Assembly: GCA_030704615.1 (NCBI GenBank)
Contig: CM060732.1
Span: 36,022,001 to 36,086,000, forward strand
Source of the DNA: Takakia lepidozioides
Taxonomy: Eukaryota > Plantae > Bryophyta
DNA: 64,000 nucleotides
Direction: 5' to 3'
Shown: positions 24,590 through 36,393 of the stretch, one piece after another
How positions within the stretch are numbered: the first letter of the stretch is position 1
How the letters are laid out: each line of letters begins with the position of its first letter
Made by a program: the position numbers and the translations under genes
The notes under the pieces: generated by a model
Told to the model about the DNA's origin: nothing
The model's database searches: none
The model's input: the letters and a program-made list of their open reading frames with translations, nothing else

Positions 24590-25427
24590 AGTAGAAAAAC
24601 ATTTGGCGTGAATCCACTTTGGATAATGTTAGTGTGCACCTGCTTTCCAGCTTCGAGACCTTCCATCTTGATGCACTTAAGCAAGAGACAGACATACATA
24701 TTTGAATCTGCTGAACTGCCTCCTTGGTTTAGAGTCTGTAGAGCCTCTGTCAGGCTGTCGCACAAAGTATCTTCACGTGCCCACAAGTGCCAGAAGAGGC
24801 ATTGTGGACTCCCTCTCTTGATCCTCTTTCAGAAGCTGTGGTCATGGTTGAGGTGCCTGATTTTATCAACTGTGCCGCTGCAGCTGCTGCCTTTAGTTGA
24901 CCATCTACCCATACAGGTTTCTTGTAGCTACTGACCCCCACATGGAATCAAGGTAATCTGGAGCTTGAAGTCCAGCCCTCTTGGATGAATCTGGATCCAC
25001 ACTCTATCCATGCTCATTCAGGAAAAAACAGGGAAAAACTCTGATAACAGGGAAAAACAGGCTGAAATGTGTTGAAGAAGGTACCTTCATTAGCAGCGCC
25101 TTGTCCTACCAAATGCACTGCTGACGCTGCTATTTCCAGTTGACCATCTACCCACGCAGTTTTCTTGTAGCTATTGATCCGCAGGGCAGAAGTAATTGTG
25201 TTTAAAATCGACCTCTTGGATGAATCGTGTTCCCCGACACCACCTCGTTCAGCCATAATGTTGAACACTCACTCCGCATCCTCAATGCTCCCACAATGGC
25301 ATACATGTCCACAAGGGTATTGTTCATAATGACATTCGGTACAATTCTAGCTTTGATGATGCAACCATGCACCTCTTTGCCCTTTTCCATGGCTGCAGGC
25401 TTGCACACACACTGCAAACGCACACAA
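24590..25427 (-). pseudogene. PPR gene fragments (N-terminal region and L/S motifs)
   Basis: DSNMYVCLLLKCIKMEGLEAGKQVHTNIIQSGFTPNVFLL (paralogous to 21220-21335) and EKGKEVHGCIIKARIVPNVIMNNTLVDMYA. Confidence 0.8.
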
Positions 25428-25529
25428 ATGAATTCAAAGGTCAGATGGTGGGGTCAGCTACAACATATGTCCAACACCAGATATCCTAAGTTAATCGACT
25501 CTATATCTTGGAAACATCGACTCTATATC

Positions 25530-26598
25530 TTTAAAACTACATGCTCTAGCTTAGGCTTGGATTTCATGGCTAATGGTTCCATCTCGAGACTTGATAACAG
25601 GGGTACGTTGAAGGTTGCAATGACCAAAAGTGCTTCTAATTAAGTCCCACATCAATTCAATCTCAAAGAAGTTTGTCCCTTGACTGGCTGGAGAGCGGTC
25701 TTAGACATTTGGTGATTCAATGGGGCGCTCTAGGAAGACAACCAAGGGCAAGGACTTCAACTTGAGAGTATCTAATCGGTTTGATGCACTGGATGAGGTT
25801 GAATCCATGGGGTAACTGTCCCCCCTTTGCAGAACGGTTGGCCGTCCAGGAGCAATCACAAGCTACCTAGACGACAAACAATTCACATGCATAGGGCTGG
25901 CTTGCGGCTGGCCACTTTCAACTTCTCAGGGTTGACCAACCAAAGGAAACAACTCGAAGTGGGACAAGTTCTTCGGACTAATGATATTCATATCTGCGCT
26001 GGGCAAGAAACATGGGAAACGTCGGATAAACTGGTTGGAGATGTCAATGATTATAAATGGGCAGGTAAGATGTGTACTCTCAAGGCAGCCTCTGCCAAAC
26101 GCGGTCAAAAAGGGGTTGGATTCTTTGTCCGTGATTTCTTGTTTGACAATTGTGAAATTATCAACAAGGGTTTGAGGTACGAGCATAGTATCTGGCTAAA
26201 ACTGAATCTGAAGGGTGGCATGAGTACGAAGGACCTCTTTGTGGGTTGTGTTTACATGCCCACAGAGGGGACCCTTAGTGCTGACGCAGACAAAAGCCCG
26301 GGTGGGCAAAGGGCTCCATCAGGACGATATCATTGGGCCTTCTGGTGAGGACGAGCTGAATTCTAATGGCAGACGGTTAATTAACTGTCTGGAAGAGCTT
26401 CAGCTTTTGACCTTGAATAACAGGACAAGAGGTGACCAAGTGCAGTGGACTCGTGAGAAATCCCGAACTGGGGAACGTTCCATTGTGGACTATATCATAA
26501 TGGACAAAAATTTGTTCCCCCAGTGTGCCAATGTGTTGATCGACAGAACTGATATTGGTACCTCTGACCACTTCCTGGTTTGGACTGAGATCAAAAGA
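25530..26598 (+). mobile_element. LINE 5' fragment: possible ORF1 remnant plus APE endonuclease
   Basis: LRLATFNFSGL, ICAGQETW, GVGFFV, VGCVYMP, SIVDYII, GTSDH; 26198-26598 near-identical to 39383-39857. Upstream SNRFDAL peptide is typical of LINE ORF1. Confidence 0.85.
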
Positions 26599-27359
26599 GG
26601 ATCTCTTGTGTGTGCCTACTTGTGTCTGTAGTCAGGTAACGACGGATTGGTCAGTGAGAACCACCACGTTGCAGCTGAGCACGGCCTGCTAAGACCAAGC
26701 TGACTCTCCCAAGAACCTTGTAAACATCTGGAAGAATACCAAATCAGGTACTAACAGGAGGCAAGAGCCTGCAATAGCAGGACGGAAAAAATTCTTACCT
26801 TAAGAAAACACCACACCTTGCGATTGCAGTTGTCCCACCATTGTCAATCTTCTAAAAACTCATGCCAGGTCTGCTCAGTGCTGCAAATTCAGGGCCGACT
26901 CTGATGAGAGGGCAAGACAGGCTAAAATAGGTCGAAGAAGAAGGTGCCCTCACCACATTGTCCTTGATCTTGTGTCATGACCCATGGAGGATTTGCCCTC
27001 CCATCAACCCAAAATGATCGCTTCGGTGTGGTGCTGGGTTAGATAATGTCGGATTGGTCTTTGAGAAACCACCACAAAATGGCCTGCTAAGACCAAGCTC
27101 ACTCTCCCCTAAACCTTGTAAACATTAGGAAGAATACCATGCCCTGTGGAGAGGAGGGGAGAGGAGAGGAGGGAAAAGAGAAAGCCCGCGGAAAGGAAGG
27201 CGATCGCGGGAGAGGAGTGGAGAGGAGATGAGAGGAGGAGAGGGAAAAGAGAAAGCCGCGGGAGGGAAGGGGAGAAAGATCGCGGAGAGAAAAAAAAAAC
27301 AAAAAAAAACAAAAGGATAATCCCGCGATTTCATCTCGCGGCCTAAACGTCGCTCTTAT

Positions 27360-27527
27360 CACTACACTACCCCTTAAAACTCAACAACCCCCTCTTGTAA
27401 AATTATATTTAAGGTGTTTTAAACCCCCCTCTGTATGTATAATGTTGTACATGGGGGGTTTAAAATACCCCCTCCTATGCACGCACGTGGCTGGTACATT
27501 TAATGAGGAGTGCCCCCCCCCCCCAAG
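27360..27527. mobile_element. Terminus B of the same DNA transposon
   Basis: Ends acgcacgtg...gagtg(c)12aag with ACCCCCT subterminal repeats; followed by GGTTATCA and the continuation of RT. Confidence 0.65.
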
Positions 27528-28985
27528 GGTTATCACCAGTTGCTAATCAAAGAGGCTGACAAGCAAAAGACGACATTCTGGGGGATTGACCAGCATGGGA
27601 AGGATTGTTTGTACCAACGACGCTTCCTACCATTTGGGTTGAAGCATGCACCTACAGAGTTTCAGAGGGTCATGGATATGATTCTTGCAGGGCTAGACTT
27701 CGTCCGGTGCTACATTGATGATATCATCATCTTTAGTGCCATGGTTGAGGAGCATGAGAGACACCTTCAGGTGGTATTTGAGCGTTTGAGGGCGCATGGA
27801 TTGAAACTACACCATGGAAAGTGTAAGTTCTTCCACGATCAGATTGAGTATCTGGGCCACATGATATACCCTGGAGAATTGGGTGTTTAACAGACAAAGG
27901 TGGAGGCCATTGCACGCATTCAACGCCCCATAGATGTAAGCAGAGGTCGTGTTTTCATGGGGTTGACAAACTACTATCGACGATTTGTCAAGGGATTTAG
28001 TAGCATTGCAAAGGCTCTTACCAAGTTGACCAAGGTGGGTCAGGAGTGGCAGTGGGAGGAGGAGCAGGAGGAAGCCTTTGAGGAACTCAATGCTCGATTG
28101 ACTTCTGCGCCTATTCGGGGGCGGCCTTTCTAGTTACATACGGATTGGAATATGCTGGGGATTGGAGCAGTGCTCACACAGGTGGATGATGAGGGAAGAG
28201 AGTTCGTAGCGGCATATGCTAGTCGCTCGAACAATGATGCCGAGGCGAAGTATAGTTCCTATGAAGGGGAGTGTCTAACTGCAGTATGGGCAATGACACA
28301 TTTTAGATGCTACCTCTATGACAATCTCTTCACCCTTGTTACGGATCACCAACCATTCAAGTGGTTGATGGAGTCACATAAACTTACAGGGAAGCTTGTA
28401 CGGTGGGCATTTATGCTTCAAGAGTACGACTTCCAGGTGGTGCATCGAGCCGGAATAGTCAACCGGGATGCGGATGGATTGAGTCGCAATCCATGTATCA
28501 GTGAGCTTGGTGATACAAGAGCTCGTTGGCATGGTGAGACGGACGAGGAGATGGTGCCAGGATAACACGCATCTGTTTTTTTGTGCATTCTAGCAATGGG
28601 AGCTCAAGCTGATCCATCCCATGTGATTGGTCATGGAGATAGTGTGCATGACGATCCAGAGATCAGTGAGGAGCTTGGTGGTACTAAGGATGTACATGAA
28701 GATGCAACAGTGTTGGCCTACCTTTGTACTGGAGAGACAGCAGCCAGTATGACTGCTAAGGAGAGAGATCGGATCCTACAACGAGCCAAGAGGTTCAAGT
28801 GGGATGGGACTCACCTACTCTGAGTATGGGAGGATGGACGAGTGAGGATTGTGCCTCATCCAACATAACGAGCGCGATTGGTACGCGATGCCTATGAGGA
28901 GTTGGGACATTTTGGAGTGCGACGCACTCATAGTTTGCTGCAAGGACAGGATTGGTGGCAGGGCATGCACACGGATGTGCAATAA
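27528..28985 (+). mobile_element. DNMT-Gypsy fragment: RT C-part - RNase H - integrase N-terminus (continuation of 22954-24552)
   Basis: GYHQLLIKEADKQKTTFWG...YIDDII...DADGLSR...EELGHFGVRRT; highly similar to 9245-7785. Confidence 0.92.
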
Positions 28986-29714
28986 TTGCCTTGAATTTCC
29001 TTTAGTGGGATATCAACTCATTTTTTACTGGAGCCTTTTAGCAAAAATTCGCCAAAAAAAAAAACGCTGGACGTGGATCTGCTGGATGGATGTGGAGGGC
29101 AATAGATGATTACATTTGTAGTTGGGCTTCTGCGGTTGAATGAAAAGTCGTGGGAAGGGGAGATGTCATCCATCAGTCCAACGAATTTCATCATAAAAGA
29201 AAGAGAGGGAGAAGTCTCTGCCCTGCCAGCGCCACTCTTGAGTGAAATGAGGGGTCAGTTTTCATGTGAACCATCTCCCCTCTCATTTTTAAAGGGGCGA
29301 TTCCTTCCTAGAGTGGTTCGACGATGTCATCCAAGACGAGGAGACCGTGAAGGTGCCACATGAGGGTATTCTTCTGCGTGAAGAAGTGGGATGATTTTTT
29401 TTTTCCCCTTCATCGTTTTTTTTAATTATCAAAGAAAGGGGAAAAAGAAACGAACTATTGATATTCACTCAGTTATTCAACCAACACTGTTATACTACAG
29501 ATTGATAGCTGATTAGACATGCAATCACCATTCAATGCTCTCAGATTCCACTTTCATCTCATTTTCTGCATACAATATTATACAGCGTGTTCCTGCTCTG
29601 CTATTAAATCAATACACACAGAGAACCATCACACACTAGATATCAAAGCACTTTTGGCGGCAATTGTATAGTTCAAATCTCACTGGAACTATAACCCCAC
29701 TGTAATCGCCCACT

Positions 29715-29934
29715 TTTTTTTCAAAGGGAAACATCTGGGAGCGACAGCTCACAAATCAGGCCCCTTGATATAGAGGAGAAAATAACCTCTCAGTAACCTC
29801 ACCGTAAGGCTTTCTGATGCGACACTGCACAGGGAAGGGGGAAACGCGCGTACCACACCCGTCAAGTAGCAGGATTTGACCCCAGGGTCATCCGGATGGC
29901 ACTCAGCGCACTTTACCAACTGAGCTACTGACCC
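29715..29934 (-). mobile_element. tRNA-derived SINE, copy A
   Basis: A box TAGCTCAGTTGG, B-box-like GGGTCAAATCC, A-rich tail; homologous to 44033-44256. Confidence 0.75.
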
Positions 29935-30067
29935 ACTTTCAATTTCACTGATGACAATTTCCCAACACATCAACCTTAGATGTAGGCACATTTTCCAGAA
30001 ATGTTCTAAATTTAATTAGGCACTTGATTTTGAATTAATTATTACCTAATAAGCTAGGTCAGTACGG

Positions 30068-31171
30068 TAGCTCGCCCTCCTTTCATTACCTTTGGACGAT
30101 CTTGTCGTGTCTTTACTTAGTAACTTATTAGTCACGCACTCTGCGTTTACTTACTGGACCTCGTTGCATCATCTTTGCGATGGAGACACACAGACAGGGA
30201 CGGACAGCATGCACAACGGTAGAGACATGTGAGTGTGGTGATGGAGGATGGAGCAATTCTGCTCTCCTGGCCGGGCAGCAGCAGTCTCTAGGCTGCTCCC
30301 ACAAGGACTGTGACCATCGCCATTAATGTAGTACGGAAGTTGCTGAGGCAGCTTCCATTGAGAGAGATGGCAAAAGACGAAAAGACCAATGGTAGCTAGA
30401 TGCATACACAAGGGCCAAGAGCGTAGAGGCAGACACGGAATCTCAGACAGACACGGAGTAGCCAGGACTCGGGATTCTGCAAAAGATGGGGATTGTAGGT
30501 GCGCTGTTGAAGCATCCGGAAGACTTGCCCGCTCTGTTGAAGCTGAAGATGGCATCCGTGGCGGCCAGTAGAGCCATTCCGTCGTATCCCAACTTGGCAT
30601 TCTGCTTCCAGATGTTGAGATGCGTCTCTCGCTGTCTCTCGGTTGTGATCGAGCCACTCGACCCTGGTCTACGCAATGCGGTTGGTCCTTTCGTTCTGAA
30701 TTTGTGCTTCTCTATATCTAAGATCTAAAGCTTTCTTTGCTGTCTTTCACTTGATTGTCTTTAGTATGTGATCTCAATCTTGAAATTCGATGAATTGATT
30801 CTGAAATGGGTGATGAAAACACATGTCCGATGTTGGATTGGACAGCTCACCTCTAGTGCAGTTTCAGAGAAAGCTAGTGCCGACCAGAAGTTGGAGTGCT
30901 ATTACGGACGATCAATAGAAAGTAAACCTGGCATGTGCCTTGTTAAAAGACATGCATATCTACCAGTTGAGGTTGCCCTCTTTCGGCACTAGTGAGAACA
31001 AGTCCAATCACAGCCGAGAGCATCAAGATCCTTCTTTCCAGATGGCAGACCGAAACGAAAACATGATATCTTGGAACCAGTATATAAGCCACTCTCCTGT
31101 CAACGTGTGTACCAGAGATGCCAGAGTAGTTCTTGGTCATAGTTTTGATGATGATTATTTTGAAGGTTTGC
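30068..31171 (+). repeat. SQS: Inverted segmental duplication, copy 2, containing SQS exon 1 (30486-30680)
   Basis: See copy 1. Exon 1 is 195 nt ending ...LRNA|gttggt; SQS exon 2 is absent from this copy. Confidence 0.93.
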
Positions 31172-31349
31172 CAGCATGAGGTTCGAGAACAATCTAGTGA
31201 AGGTTCTGGGGCCGATATGCAGCATGTACCTCCCGACCAAGCATACACCGGGTATTATCTCGTGGATTATGATTACAACGGATTAAAACTGCCAGTTAGA
31301 TTTGAAAGTAGATGACTTCAGTGACGTTGTAACGTGTACCCTGCTGCAG

Positions 31350-34290
31350 CTCTTGAGAAGTCTGTCCTGATGAGAAGACCTTTCTTTGAATTTCTACAAG
31401 CTGTGACCCTTAAACTTGTAAGCAGGAGTCTGGAGTCTCGCAGGATGGCAGGGTTACATGAGGGACCGATGTTTGTTGTACATCCAAATGGTAGCTGGGG
31501 TAGCACCTCCACCCTCACCAAACCTTTCAAAAGAGGGCCTGGAGAGGAGATCAACAGGATTACGTCTGGCCAAGGTGCGGATGTGAGGACACTATGTAAG
31601 GAGGGGAAAGTGAAAGAGGCTCTGCACATGTTGAAACAACAAGACTCTGGGGTAAACTCCAACATGTATGCCTGTCTCTTGGAGGGGTGCATCAACATGA
31701 AAGCGCTGGCAGTGGGAAAGCAGGTGCATGACCACCTAATTCGAAATGAATTCAAGCCTGATGTCTTTGTAAGTAACACCCTTATCAAAATGTATGCCAA
31801 GTGTGGGAGCATGGTCGATGCACGGCAAGTGTTTGAGAATATGCCTCAACGAGATATATTCACATGGACTATGATCCTGGCAGGATATACTAAGCATGGG
31901 CTTGCAGAGGAGGCTTTCAAAATCTATGAAAAGATGTACTGGGAAGGGGTTATGCCTGACAGAGTCACGTTCATTTCGGCTCTGAGTGCCTGTGCCAGCC
32001 TAGGATCCCTGGAAAAGGGCAAGCGGGTTTATGCCGCGACATCATCAAAGCTGGAATCAGATCATGCATTAAATTGGAAAATAGTCTTATTGATGCATAT
32101 GCCAAATGTGGGAGTGTGGATGATGCACGCCAGGTGTTCGACAAAATGGCCAAACGAGATGTGGTCTCATGCAATGCAATGATCACAGGATATGCTCAAC
32201 ATGGACATGGTGAAGAGGCTCTGAAAATCTACGAGAATATGAAACGGGACGGGATCATGCCTGACAAGGTCACATTCATTTGTGTTCTGAATGCATGTGC
32301 CACTCTACGAGCCTTTGATAAAGGCAAGCAGGTCCATACTGAATTCATCAAATCCTCACTTAAACCATCTATTAATTTGGAGAACACCCTTGTTGACATG
32401 TATGCAAAATGTGGGAGCTTACAGAGTGCATGTCAAGTGTTCAACGATATGGCTACACGAAATGTGGTCTCATGGAATGCAATGATCGGAGGATATGCTC
32501 AGGATGGGCATGGTGACGAGGCACTCAAATTGTATGAGCGAATGAGACAGGAAGGTGTGATACCTGACAGGGTCACTTTCATTTGCATTCTCAATGCGTG
32601 TGCCTGCCTCAAAGTTCTGGAAGAGGGCAAGCTGGTCCATGCTCACATTGTCAAAAGCAGGGATCGCATCATATATAAATTTAGAGAATAGCATTGTTGA
32701 CATGTATGCCAAATGTGGTAGTTTAAAAGACGCCCGTCGAGTTTTCAACAAAATGGTTAAGCGAGATGTAGTATCATGGAGTGCGATGATTGCAGGATAT
32801 GCTCAGTATGGACATGGTGAAGAGGCTCTCCAATTCTATGAGCAAATGCAGCAGGAAGGTGTGAGGCCCAATGGGGTCACATTCATGTGTGCTCTCAATG
32901 CGTGTGCAAACCTCAGATCCCTGGAAAAGGGCAAGCAAGTCCATGCTGACCTAAAAAAAGCTGGAATTGCATCATATGTCTGCTTGGAGAATACCTTGGT
33001 TGATATGTATGCCAAATGCGGGAGTCTAATGCATGCGCGGCAAGTGTTTGATAAAATTGCTAAAAGGAATGTGGTATCCTGGACTGCCATGATATCAGGA
33101 TATGTTCAGCATCTGCAAGGTGAAGAAGCTCTCAGCACCTATGAGCAAATGCAAGTTGAGGGGGTAACGCCCGATAGGGTCACCTTCATGTGTGTTCTCA
33201 ATGCATGTGCTAGCCTTGGAGCCCTGGGAAAGGGCAAGCATGTCCATGTGGACATCATCAAAGCGGGGATTGCACCAAATATTGGTTTGGAAACAACCCT
33301 TGTTGACATGTATGCCAAATGTGGGAGCGTAAAGGATGCACGTGAAGTTTTTGACAATATGCCTACCCAGACTGTGGTCTCATGGAATGTGATGATTGCA
33401 GGACATGCTCAACATGGGTGTGGTAAGGATGCCCTCCGACTATTTGAACAAATGCAGCAAAAAGGCTTGAAGCCAGATGGGGTCACATTCATTTCTGTTA
33501 TCTCTGCTTGCAGCCATGTCGGCTTAGTAGATGAAGGCAGTCGCTTTTTCAACTCCATGACTCGAGATCATGGAGTCACACCTACACTCCAGCATTTTGG
33601 CTGCATGGTGGACCTTCTGGGTCGTGCAGGACGATTGGATGAGGCAGAGGATTTCATTAGTAAAATGCCAATTGAACCAGGTGCTTCAGTGTGGAGCTTG
33701 GCGCCTGCAGAATTCACGGGGATCTCAAGGTAGCAGAACGTGCTGCAATGTGCATTCTGAAGAAGGACCCACAGCATGGTGCAGCTTATGTGCTGTTATG
33801 GAACATCTATGCTGCGGCTGGCAGGTGGGATGACAAAGCGAAGGTGAGAAAACTGATGGAAGAGAGAGGTGTCAGGAAGGAGCCAGGGCGCAGCTGCATT
33901 TTCATCAACAACCAGGTGCATGCATTCACTGTAGAAGACAGATCACATCCGCAAATTGAGCAAATCCATGCTGAGTTGAAGAGTTTGTTTCTGCAAATGA
34001 AGGAGGTTGGGTATGTGCCTGACATGCACTTTGTATTGCATGATGTGGAGGAGGAGCAAAAGGAATTTTCTCTTGGCCACCACAGTGAGAGGCTGGCCAT
34101 TGCTTTTGGGCTCATCAGCACACCCCCTGGGACACCTGTCCACATCATCAAGAACCTTCGGGTGTGTGGGGACTGCCACACTGCTACCAAGTTCATCTCG
34201 AAGATTGTTGGGTGAGAGATTGTTGCACGGGATGCCAACGGCTTTCACCACTTTGAAGATGGTGCTTGTTCTTGTGGGGATTACTGGTGA
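31350..34290 (+). pseudogene. PLS-E-DYW (PG-box type) PPR editing factor, disrupted
   Basis: Long PLS array, E domain (HFGCMVDLLGRAG), PG box (KEPGRS), HSERLA, CGDCH, CSCGDYW*. Frameshifts near 32035, 32655 and 33700; TGA at 34213-34215 replaces the conserved Arg of KIVGREI. Confidence 0.9.
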
Positions 34291-34797
34291 AACAAGCAAC
34301 ATCCTTACATGTGAAGACAGTCTGCAGCAAGTCCATGGTTTGTTGTCTTTATGGATACAACTGGTGTCATTACAGTCAAAGATTAGTACCTGTTTTGAGG
34401 TGAATTTTTTCATACATATTCTTGACTTGCTTACAGACTAGAATCCACTCCATGTTGTTTGGAAAACATTTCTGCGGTTTATTTTGGCATACTACATTTG
34501 AGCGAGACAATCTATGTTGATTTCGCCATTAGCCCAAGATCAAACTTTATAATATCGCAAAACCATGGTTTCCTGTTTGCTTTTTTGCATATGCTGAAAG
34601 CATGTGGGCATCCAACCCTACACTCTGGTCCCCAATTCCATACCATTCCTGATGGCATGAAGATGTCGTTTGTCAACTTCTAAGATCTCAATGGTGTGAT
34701 TGTAGTAACTGAGTATTGTGTCAAAGTTTGGCAGTTACAGCTAGTTCAGTAAGGAGGAGGGAATAGGAAACATTATACTTGTGCTTCACTGTTTCAG

Positions 34798-36393
34798 GCC
34801 TGGGCACATCAGGAAGCTTTAATTGGCTCTGATGTGTCAAGAGTGGGTGCCAGGGAGCTGTACGGCAATATGTTCCAGGGGGAACTTCCCTCCTTCCTTC
34901 TTGAGCAAGCGCATGGGTATCGTGAGTTTCAGGAACCTCGGGTGATCGCGCGAGGTTACTTTTGGGAGGGGTCGAGACAAACATGGCGGAGGGCGGAAGA
35001 AAGCTGTATCAACGTTGCGTTGAAGTGAACCCTGAGAGTGTGCACTCCTGGCAGGTAGATTGCTGTCTCTTACACGCTTTCCCTCTCTCTCCATGACCAC
35101 GTACAGGATATTAACATGTTGTCGTTGAGAGTTGTTAGATGTTTCTTCTGGTTTAGTTAGATATAATGTCTGGGCATGAGCATAATTTCAGGCTGAGCTT
35201 CATATCCTGGTATCTGTGACTAGTCGTATGTAGTCAGTACCCTGCAGGGACTTAGATAGCAAGAGCCACAACCAATATTTGCAGGAAAGATCACTTGATA
35301 CATGTCTACCTCTCGCACTTCTCTCTACTGAGATCCTCTTTTCAAATCAGTTGCTTCCTTACAGCAATAGTGGAGAGCTTGGAAATTGACCTCCTTACAA
35401 TTGACATGTTTGATGTGGGAATGTGTATCCCTCTCTAAAGTGCAGACATGGGCAATACTGGAGGAAAAGGCTGGTCACTTCACTGGGGCTCGTATTCTTT
35501 TCGAAGGGGAATTGGTGCTAATCCTTCCAATGTTCCCTGTCTTCAGGTGCTCTCTCTCTCTTTTCATCTCCTATAATGGATTCCTGTAGGAGGTGACAAA
35601 ATGCTGTCTGCTTTTCAATTAGATCCTGAAGTTAAGCTGTCTTGTGGAGGTTTGTGACCATACGTGTTTGTTAGTGGTTATAGGCTTATGCACATATGGA
35701 GCGGGTCTGTGGAAATTTGGAGGCTGCCCGAAAGCTATTGCGGGCTGCTCTTACTGTGGAACCCGAGAACGCTGCTAGCCTGATGGTGCGTGCTATATAG
35801 TTTCTGATGTTTCTGTTTATTTGGAAGGTGACATGTTATGAGAACCAATGCTCTTTGACAGTCTTCTCCAACTGAGGATGAGAATGACTGAGGGTTGAGA
35901 TGGATAGAATGGATTGTCTTGCTGTGTGTTGGGTCTCAGTAGAGGTGCTATATTGGGGCCACAAGCATACTGAAATGACACTGTGCTCATGTAGAATTGC
36001 CATCATAACACTTTTTGGAAAGACGTCATTGTACGTGTTCTAAAGTGTTTAATGCTCTTCACTTTTGACTCAATTATGTAGTGTAGGATTCCATCTAGTT
36101 TTGGTGTCATTGAAGTGTGCCATTATGTATGGGTGGATTTCCATGTACAGGAATCGGCTCTTGTGGAACAGGGTTTGGGCGACGAAGAAGCAGCGGCAGA
36201 TTTGTTCAAGCAGGCTGGCATAGCAGACAAGCGAAAGAGTTGTGTAAAACGACAAATGTTCGAGTCCCTTAAGAGAACTCCGCACTGGAAGAAACCCCAA
36301 TCGAATCAAAGTGCAAAGAAGGGTGGCATGTCAAGCAGTAGAACTTCAAAAAGGATGCACCTGCAGAGAAGCAAGTTCTGGAGGGGTATCTGA
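34798..36393 (+). pseudogene. 3' exons of a HAT/TPR-repeat protein gene (HCF107/Mbb1-like repeats), 5' part missing
   Basis: GT-AG exons 34798-35054, 35446-35546, 35684-35785, 36151-36393: AWAHQEA..., RKLYQRCVEVNPESVHSWQ|TWAILEEKAGHFTGARILFE, AYAHMERVCGNLEAARKLLRAALTVEPEN. ~34-aa phase-0 exons; frameshifts in the first two. Confidence 0.75.

Noticed and set aside
26900-26945. ctgatgag as a hammerhead ribozyme core
   Set aside because: No correctly placed GAAA or supporting stems.
27099-27362. Overlapping Phe/Ser/Pro- or Arg/Glu-rich ORFs
   Set aside because: Low-complexity GA/CT tract.
34213-34215. TGA repaired by U-to-C editing or readthrough
   Set aside because: Nuclear gene with additional frameshifts; CpG deamination is the simpler explanation.
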